DNA from: Candidatus Heimdallarchaeota archaeon B3_Heim
GTDB lineage: Archaea > Asgardarchaeota > Heimdallarchaeia > Hodarchaeales > Hodarchaeaceae
DNA: 32,000 bases
Reading direction: 5' to 3'
Assembly: GCA_003144275.1 (NCBI GenBank)
Contig: NJBF01000006.1
Location: 77,677 to 109,676, forward strand
Positions 1 to 6,889 of this stretch are shown piece by piece; the stretch's first letter is position 1; the number at the start of each line of letters is the position of its first letter. The notes beneath the pieces are model-generated. The model had not been told where the DNA came from and made no database searches. It saw only the letters and a list, made by a program, of their open reading frames with translations. Made by a program: the position numbers and the translations under genes.

Positions 1-3
1 CTG

Positions 4-852
4 ATGATTGATCTTCTTGCTGCTATACTCATGGCTCTATTTCAAGGAATTATTGAATGGCTTCCGATCTCCTCAGAGGGCCAATTATCATTACTATTTG
101 TAACAATATATGGTCTCGATGAATTAGCTGCTGTAACACTAGCCCTATTTTTACATCTGGGTACAATGATGTCAGTCATCTGGTACTTTAGAAAAGACTT
201 ACTAGAAATGGTGGATCAACATTCACCAATTTTTGAAATAATGATCCTTACCACAATTGGAACAGCTTTAACAGCCGTGCCAATTGTATTAATCTTCAAG
301 ACTTATTGGGTATCCTTTACAACCAACCTTATTATTCCTGCAGACCTTCTTTTTACAATAATTGTAGGAAGTTTGCTAATTCTTACTGGTTTAGTTTTGA
401 AGAAACAATCAGATCAGGGCACTAGAGAAATATATTCAGTGACACGAAAAGAAGCTTTTTTACTAGGTCTCGCCCAAGGAATTGCTGCATTACCCGGCAT
501 TAGTCGAAGTGGGATGACGATTACATTCTTGCTTATAATCGGGATCATGCATAAAGATGCATTTAAGATTAGTTTCTTGATATCAATTCCCGCAGTATTA
601 GGAGCCACGTCATTAGAGTTTCTATTAGAAGGTTTTCAGATAGATTTTACTGGTATGACTGTCGGAAATGTATTTTTTCCATTCCCATTATTAGTCTTCT
701 CAATCTTCTTAACAGCTATCATCGGAATCTTAACGATGGATTTATTACTAAACCTTAAGAAAATACCTTACGATAAATTCTGTTTCGCCTTTGGTACCAC
801 AACTATTTTATTAGGTTTCTTGTTTTTCTTTATTAGAGTAGTGAGTGCTTAA
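4..852 (+). CDS. uppP: Undecaprenyl-diphosphate phosphatase (BacA/UppP family)
   Basis: Motifs QGIIEWLPISSEG, HLGT, QGIAALPGISRSGMT and SFLISIPAVLGA; hydrophobic multi-TM protein of 282 aa. Confidence 0.92.
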   Translation: MIDLLAAILMALFQGIIEWLPISSEGQLSLLFVTIYGLDELAAVTLALFLHLGTMMSVIWYFRKDLLEMVDQHSPIFEIMILTTIGTALTAVPIVLIFKTYWVSFTTNLIIPADLLFTIIVGSLLILTGLVLKKQSDQGTREIYSVTRKEAFLLGLAQGIAALPGISRSGMTITFLLIIGIMHKDAFKISFLISIPAVLGATSLEFLLEGFQIDFTGMTVGNVFFPFPLLVFSIFLTAIIGILTMDLLLNLKKIPYDKFCFAFGTTTILLGFLFFFIRVVSA

Positions 853-2210
853 TGACAATACTTACAACACATCTAAGCTTAGCAGGGATAGCTTTTTGGT
901 CCTTTCTTTCCCCCACAGATAAAAATAACTTTAAAGAGAAGAAATATCTTTTCTGGATTGTCTTAGCCTTTTCTATCATCCCAGATGTTGACATCTTCTT
1001 GGGGATACATCGTGGGTTATCTCATAGTCTTATCCCTCCGACATTATTGGTCATTCTTGGGATTAGTATCCACATTTTGAATCGTTATAATATTGGTCTT
1101 GGAAATAATAGCACTGGGAATCCAATTCACCATAAAAATGCTTTTAGGGGACGACTTTTCCTGTACGCAGGCCTTTTATGGATTTTTCATATATTATTGG
1201 ACTTTCAATATCCCTTGGCGATTTTTTACCCCCTCTCTGATCGTCTTTATCAGCTTGATTTTGTTTATCTTCTTAGTTTAGTCCCATGGTTATTCTTTCC
1301 AGTTATGATAGTCGGAGCAGAATTTCATCTAACGAGTATCTCCTATTTAAGGGGAATTGCAAGTTATTTCGTAAATCTACCCCCCTCTGAAAGAATAGAA
1401 GTTTTTGGGACAGATGTTATTGCAATACGCATAGACGATATTTTTATTCACTTGTTCCTCCTTCTAATCTTCCTCCAAGTCACGAGACCAATGTTACCCA
1501 AACTTTCAACGCAATGGGTTCGGACCCTAAGATCACGGATGGACTATGACGGCTATGTCATGACGACAGGAGTGGTACTATTACTAATTGGTATGGTCAT
1601 GGGGCCTATGATTGGAACTCAAGTTATTGACTCTAGCTCAAATAATTCTTCTTTCAACATTTCACCCACATCTTTTGCTCCTTCTGTTGCATTGTCCATA
1701 GAACCAACGAATTATTTTTTCCAACCACAAACAATTATAAAAGTGCGTGGTTCCTTAATAGTCGAACCTCAGAGTGGTGATTTTGATCATATCCTACTAA
1801 TTTCCTCTCAAGAACACTACAACTCCTTTAACCAAGATCTCTCCTCACTATTCAAGCAAAAACCTCCCAATTCGAGCGAAAATCTTGCCTCGTTCAGGAG
1901 TAATTATTCGATTCTACTAGATCAGTTATATAGCACAACACTGGCTATGAATTTTACAAACATTGATGAAACAACGATCTATACACAGATTCTTAGCAGT
2001 CCTGTAATTGTTGTAGGCGTAATGGAAAACTGGAATGATTCACTGTTACTCAGTGGATATGAACAAAGTATGTCTGCTCAACTCACAATCACTGTTACAA
2101 CAAGTCGTTTATCCCTTTTTATTATTGGTCTAGGGGCGATGGCTGTTGGATGCGTAGCGATCATCATTTCCGTTAAATTAAAAAAGCACAATATCAATAA
2201 TTTACCATAG
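852..2210 (+). CDS. Membrane-bound metal-dependent hydrolase (YdjM/DUF457-like) with a C-terminal extracytoplasmic domain
   Basis: N-terminal TH, PDVD, HRGLSHS and HILLD motifs; several TM segments; ATG overlaps the uppP stop (TAATG). Confidence 0.75.
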   Translation: MTILTTHLSLAGIAFWSFLSPTDKNNFKEKKYLFWIVLAFSIIPDVDIFLGIHRGLSHSLIPPTLLVILGISIHILNRYNIGLGNNSTGNPIHHKNAFRGRLFLYAGLLWIFHILLDFQYPLAIFYPLSDRLYQLDFVYLLSLVPWLFFPVMIVGAEFHLTSISYLRGIASYFVNLPPSERIEVFGTDVIAIRIDDIFIHLFLLLIFLQVTRPMLPKLSTQWVRTLRSRMDYDGYVMTTGVVLLLIGMVMGPMIGTQVIDSSSNNSSFNISPTSFAPSVALSIEPTNYFFQPQTIIKVRGSLIVEPQSGDFDHILLISSQEHYNSFNQDLSSLFKQKPPNSSENLASFRSNYSILLDQLYSTTLAMNFTNIDETTIYTQILSSPVIVVGVMENWNDSLLLSGYEQSMSAQLTITVTTSRLSLFIIGLGAMAVGCVAIIISVKLKKHNINNLP

Positions 2211-2256
2211 ACTCATAATCAAATATTTACTGAAAAATACAATAGGTGCTGTACAT

Positions 2257-2442
2257 ATGCCTTCCTATCGTTGTCAAAGCTGTGGGAAAACAATATCTCC
2301 CATTCCACAACACTGTGGAAAAGATATGGTCATAGGGGAAATTAATGGAGCTCCAAGTTTAATTTGTGTCAATGGTGAAGATTGTCATCATGAACCACTC
2401 CCCAAATGCTGTAGTATGCCTGGTTACACACGGTGGATTTAG
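2257..2442 (+). CDS. Small Cys/His-rich putative metal-binding protein (61 aa)
   Basis: 7 Cys and 3 His arranged as CxxC...HC and Cx5C...CC; AGGTG ribosome-binding-like site at 2244-2248; fills the gap between flanking genes. Confidence 0.75.
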   Translation: MPSYRCQSCGKTISPIPQHCGKDMVIGEINGAPSLICVNGEDCHHEPLPKCCSMPGYTRWI

Positions 2443-2451
2443 TTCATTTTT

Positions 2452-3687
2452 TCAGTTAAGAAAAGCATTTAAATACTTAATAAATGGGAATGCAAGAGTC
2501 ACCTTTAGTGGAACACGACAATGAACCACGGCATTCACATCTGACGATTTTAACCTATTCAGGTACCATTGAACTTGACTATCACGTCCAGATGATATTT
2601 TATCGAACAGTCGTCTTAATTTATATGCACGTGTGAACATTGTCATCATCTGTTCTTTCCATTTAGTCTGATAATCAAGAAGTGATCCATTTCCAGTTAG
2701 ATAATTATGGATTGATTCTGCAACAATAGATCCAGCTACCATAGATGTTGGTATACCACCTCCAACGCTGGAAACAACTTGACATGCGGAATCCCCTACT
2801 AATAGTGTATTTGACTGTTCATCAACGGTTTTTTTCAGCGGTAATCCGACTGGGACAAGACCTCCAATTGTCGAGTCGATTGTAGCTGACTGTAACAATT
2901 CACTTACGAATGGATGCTCTGAGGTAAAATTTTCCAATGCTTTGGATACTGTGATTTTGCCTTTAGTCATGGGGGTTCGTAGTCCAACTCCTACATTGGC
3001 AGTATTTCCATTTTTCGGAATCACCCAAGCATATGCTCCTGGAGCGTAGTTCTCCCCGAAAAACATCTGTATATCTGTGGGATCATAATCTGGGGAATCT
3101 ATGTTGGTCATTACATGTTGTTTAGCATAAACAAAATGCTCTGTATTCCTTTTTTCAGAGAGCCCAGTCCATCTAGCTATTCGGGATCGGGCACCATCTG
3201 CTCCAACAATTACTTGTGCTTTTATAGGTTCAGGAGTTGATCCCTCACGGGAAATCCAAACGGAATTCTTGACCTTGTTTACAGCTCGCGCCGATCTCCA
3301 AATCTGTGCTCCAGCTTTTTCAGCAGAAATAAGTAAATCTTCATTCCAAGCTCCCCGATGTAATGTATATCCTTCAAAAGGAGTTTGGATGATTTTTCCC
3401 ATCGGGGAATGAAAACTTATTCGGTTAGTTCTGGAACTTATGTATTTTGATTCAAAGGTATAAAAATTAAGTGCATCGGGAACATCAGGAGTGAGAATAG
3501 CCATTTCCTCTGGAGAGGGCATAAATTCTCCACATTGCACAGGGAAACCTGGTCGTTCTCGTTTGTCTATACCAAGTATTGAAAGGTCTTTGCCTGCTAT
3601 TTTTGTTAAGTTTTTCAACGTGGATGCTCCAGCTGGACCTAATCCTACAACTAGCACATCAACTTTCATGATCATTGTTCCCAACAA
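2452..3687 (-). CDS. Geranylgeranyl reductase family FAD oxidoreductase (DGGR-like)
   Basis: GLGPAG dinucleotide-binding motif, QCGE, PGAYAWVIPK (close to the PxxYxWxFP signature), LVGDSA...GGGI. The true start may be the ATG at 3675 or 3669. Confidence 0.88.
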   Translation of the reverse strand: MLGTMIMKVDVLVVGLGPAGASTLKNLTKIAGKDLSILGIDKRERPGFPVQCGEFMPSPEEMAILTPDVPDALNFYTFESKYISSRTNRISFHSPMGKIIQTPFEGYTLHRGAWNEDLLISAEKAGAQIWRSARAVNKVKNSVWISREGSTPEPIKAQVIVGADGARSRIARWTGLSEKRNTEHFVYAKQHVMTNIDSPDYDPTDIQMFFGENYAPGAYAWVIPKNGNTANVGVGLRTPMTKGKITVSKALENFTSEHPFVSELLQSATIDSTIGGLVPVGLPLKKTVDEQSNTLLVGDSACQVVSSVGGGIPTSMVAGSIVAESIHNYLTGNGSLLDYQTKWKEQMMTMFTRAYKLRRLFDKISSGRDSQVQWYLNRLKSSDVNAVVHCRVPLKVTLAFPFIKYLNAFLN

Positions 3688-3704
3688 AGACTAACAAGGA
3701 ATGT

Positions 3705-5291
3705 TCAAGACTGAATGAAGTTGTTTGCAGCGTCAACGGCAAAATCAAAAATAGCTCCTGGGATCACACCGATGAGAATAATTAGAATCACTCCAATTCC
3801 AATAGCCATTGCATATGACATTGGGATTCGATAAGTTTTCATAGATTCAACATTGACTGTATGGGATTCAATTAGTTCTTCGGCTGGTGGATCGAGAATC
3901 ATTAATTTTATTACTCGTATGTAATAGAAAACAGATATTGCACTGTTGATTACTCCAATTATTGCTAACCAGATCAAATCAGCGTAAAGAGCAGAGAAAA
4001 AGATAAACAACTTGGAAATAAATCCAGCTAGAGGGGGAACACCCATTAAACTTAGAAGAGCTATTGTCATTGCAAAGACTATCCACGGATGCCGTTTCCT
4101 GAGCCCAGCATAGTCATTAATTTCCTCACTGCCTACAGAAAAGGAAACAACAATAACAACTGTAAAAGCAACAATCTTCATCACAGCGTGAGTCAGAATG
4201 TGGAACTCAGCTGCAGCAATTGAAAAACTTCCAACAGTTATATCAATGAGTCCTGTAATAGCTGCTGCAGGTTCATTTGCTGCGGCAGCTAATGCTATTA
4301 GTATATACCCCGCGTGTGCTATACTAGAGTAAGCCAACATTCTCTTGATATTAGTTTGAACCAATGCAACTAAGTTACCAAGAGTCATTGTTAAAACAGC
4401 CAATATAGCAAAGATCATTCCCCAAATTTCTCCTAAATCCGTTAATCCCACAACGACTATTCGCATTATTGCAGCAAAACCCATCGCTTTGGATCCAGCA
4501 GCAAGAAAAGTCGTGATAGCTGTAGGGGTTCCTTGATATACATCCACTGCCCACGCATGGAAAGGAACTGCAGCCATCTTATAACCAAAACCGACAAATA
4601 GAAACATCAGTGCCAATACATGTAAAGGAGAATAACTCGATAAATCTGCAAAAGAAGCGATTACTGTTTCTAGACTTGTGGGTGTGAGGGATCCTGTTGA
4701 GCTTGTGATACCATAAATGAGTGAAATTCCAAATAATATGAAGGCTGAAGACATTGCACCGATTAAAAAGAATTTCAACGCACTTTCGCTGGTTTCAGCT
4801 CTTGATTTCTGGTACGCTGCAAGAGAATATACTGGGAGAGAGCCCAGTTCCCAAGCTACAAATATTAAAAGTAGATCATTTGCTGCAACTAGAACCATCA
4901 TGCCAATAGTAGCCAGGATGAGAAGTGAGTAATAGACACCCAAATTGTAGTCGGTTTTCATATAGTCACTACTAGATATGGCTACGAAAACTAATACAAT
5001 GAGAAAAATAATTGCAAAGAATCGAAAGAAATCATCGATAATGAATAACCCAGAAGGATGGGTGTGTGTGTGTGTTGTTTGGACATCGAGGAAATCAACA
5101 GGATTCCCAAAAAGATAAGAAATATCACCATTTACACTTAAAATAACACTATAGAGTGAGAGAAATCCACCAATAATAGTGATAGGGGGAGTGAATCTCC
5201 TTGCTATATTGAACGCTTCAAGAAGAAGACATATGATCATAGTTCCTATTAATATTAGGAAGGGTAACAGTATAATGGCGATATTACTCAT
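3705..5291 (-). CDS. nuoN: Complex I-like antiporter-like subunit N
   Basis: AWELGS, SESALKFFLIG, YKMAAVPFHAW, KRMLAYSSIAHAGY, GVPPLAGFISK; AGGTGA RBS upstream. Confidence 0.95.
   Translation of the reverse strand: MSNIAIILLPFLILIGTMIICLLLEAFNIARRFTPPITIIGGFLSLYSVILSVNGDISYLFGNPVDFLDVQTTHTHTHPSGLFIIDDFFRFFAIIFLIVLVFVAISSSDYMKTDYNLGVYYSLLILATIGMMVLVAANDLLLIFVAWELGSLPVYSLAAYQKSRAETSESALKFFLIGAMSSAFILFGISLIYGITSSTGSLTPTSLETVIASFADLSSYSPLHVLALMFLFVGFGYKMAAVPFHAWAVDVYQGTPTAITTFLAAGSKAMGFAAIMRIVVVGLTDLGEIWGMIFAILAVLTMTLGNLVALVQTNIKRMLAYSSIAHAGYILIALAAAANEPAAAITGLIDITVGSFSIAAAEFHILTHAVMKIVAFTVVIVVSFSVGSEEINDYAGLRKRHPWIVFAMTIALLSLMGVPPLAGFISKLFIFFSALYADLIWLAIIGVINSAISVFYYIRVIKLMILDPPAEELIESHTVNVESMKTYRIPMSYAMAIGIGVILIILIGVIPGAIFDFAVDAANNFIQS
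5062..5075. repeat. (GT)7 dinucleotide tract inside nuoN, encoding THTHTH
   Basis: Read directly: gtgtgtgtgtgtgt. Confidence 0.9.
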
Positions 5292-5300
5292 TTTTTCATT

Positions 5301-5306
5301 TCACCT
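5301..5306 (-). promoter_or_regulatory. Archaeal-type Shine-Dalgarno site AGGTGA before nuoN
   Basis: tcacct on the + strand, 9 nt before the ATG. Similar GGTGA/GGAG sites precede nuoL, nuoJ, nuoH, nuoD and the TPR gene. Confidence 0.7.
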
Positions 5307-6878
5307 TTAGAATTGAGATTCGAAAAATGCTGTTGCTTCAGTCATCATATCTAGCAGCAATGCTGGGAAAAGTCCCAATATTAAAGTAAAGAGACTTAAT
5401 AATCCAAGTACGGAATATTGTGACCAATGGGATACATCATGGGCATGTGAAAGTTCAGGATTCTTATCACCAAAAACAGTTCTTTGTAACATCCAAAGAT
5501 AATATGCTGCTGTAAAGATAATTCCGAAAATAGCTATAAAAGCCAGAACTGGTACCCATTCAAAGAGAGCAATGAATACTAATAGTTCTGACCAAAATCC
5601 CGCAAGTCCTGGCAAACCTGCACTTGCAAATGAGGCAAAAACTAACACTGCCGCAGTTATAGGCATATGTTTGGCTATACCACGTAATTTAGGGATATCT
5701 CTAGTATGTGCAGAATGTCCTATTGTTCCAGCTATAAAGAACAATAAAGGAGATATGATTCCGTGAGCTATTTGCATAAATTGTGCTCCAGCGAATCCTT
5801 CCTCTGTTTGAGCAGCAACTCCAAGAAGAACGATTCCCATATGGCCAACACTACTGTAAGCTACAAGAGATTTCATATCTACCTGTCTTAAAGCAACCCA
5901 CGCACCATATAGCAAGGAAACAATTCCTATTACAGCTACTAACCAAGCAAATTCCGTTAAGGCGTGGGGTAGAAACCACCCACTCATACGCATTAGACCA
6001 TACCCACCCATTTTCAATAATAATCCAGCCAATATCATAGATCCAGGAGTTGGGGCTTCAACATGCGCTAAGGGAAGCCAAGTGTGAAAAGGTACGCTTG
6101 GTACTTTGACGATAAATCCAAACAGTAATGCCAAGAATATTAATAATACAAAAGTCTCTGCTCCAAAATCTATTTGTCTCAGGAGATCAAATGAGAAAGT
6201 TCCACCACCGCCTGTGACCTCTGGATAATCTGCTGACTTTAGCCAAATACCGATTATTCCTAACAGCATAACCATAGATGCTACATGTGTATATATGAAA
6301 AAGTAGATTGCAGCATATTCCCGTCGGGGTCCACCCCAAATACCTATTAGGAAGAACATTGGTACAAGCACCAATTCCCAAGCAACATAAAAGATTACAA
6401 AATCTGTAGCGAGAAAAGTACCCAAGACACCTGTCTCTAACAATAGAATCATTGCATAATAAGCAGGTTCTCTTTCATGAATATCCTTGAATGAAGCAAG
6501 TATTGCGATACAGAATATGAACCCACTTAAGAGAACTAAAGGCATGCTTAGCCCATCAACTCCAAGTGAAAAATTCATTCCTATCGATTCAATCCAAGGA
6601 ATATTTACCACTAACGTCCAACCACCGCTAGCAAGAGCATCACGATTTGCATGCATAGAAGAATCCAATAATGAATGGTTTTCATACATCATCCAAGCCA
6701 ATATAGCAAGACCAAACGTGATTACGCTCATTAGCAGCGCAAAATAGCGTGCAAATCCTTCACGCACACGGCCAATAAACCATGTGGGTAGTGCAGCTAG
6801 AATTGGTAGAAGGAAAATAAGAGTTAACACTCCGATTCCGTTTTCACCAAATAATATTTGTGTTATCATTGTCTTCAA
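5307..6878 (-). CDS. nuoM: Complex I-like antiporter-like subunit M
   Basis: FYVAWELVLVPM, VKVPSVPFHTWLPLAHVEAPT, LLKMGGYG, GLPGLAGFWSE; conserved charged residues of the proton path are present. Confidence 0.96.
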   Translation of the reverse strand: MKTMITQILFGENGIGVLTLIFLLPILAALPTWFIGRVREGFARYFALLMSVITFGLAILAWMMYENHSLLDSSMHANRDALASGGWTLVVNIPWIESIGMNFSLGVDGLSMPLVLLSGFIFCIAILASFKDIHEREPAYYAMILLLETGVLGTFLATDFVIFYVAWELVLVPMFFLIGIWGGPRREYAAIYFFIYTHVASMVMLLGIIGIWLKSADYPEVTGGGGTFSFDLLRQIDFGAETFVLLIFLALLFGFIVKVPSVPFHTWLPLAHVEAPTPGSMILAGLLLKMGGYGLMRMSGWFLPHALTEFAWLVAVIGIVSLLYGAWVALRQVDMKSLVAYSSVGHMGIVLLGVAAQTEEGFAGAQFMQIAHGIISPLLFFIAGTIGHSAHTRDIPKLRGIAKHMPITAAVLVFASFASAGLPGLAGFWSELLVFIALFEWVPVLAFIAIFGIIFTAAYYLWMLQRTVFGDKNPELSHAHDVSHWSQYSVLGLLSLFTLILGLFPALLLDMMTEATAFFESQF

Positions 6879-6889
6879 CCTTCAATTTT

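Noticed and set aside
3660-3707. Selenocysteine or TGA readthrough fusing NuoN to the reductase
   Set aside because: The two genes are in different frames, another TGA follows shortly in the nuoN frame, and NuoN is already complete.
5307-6878. A duplicated nuoM (2M complex) within the operon
   Set aside because: Only one gene each carries L-, M- and N-type motifs, and intergenic gaps are too short to hide another.
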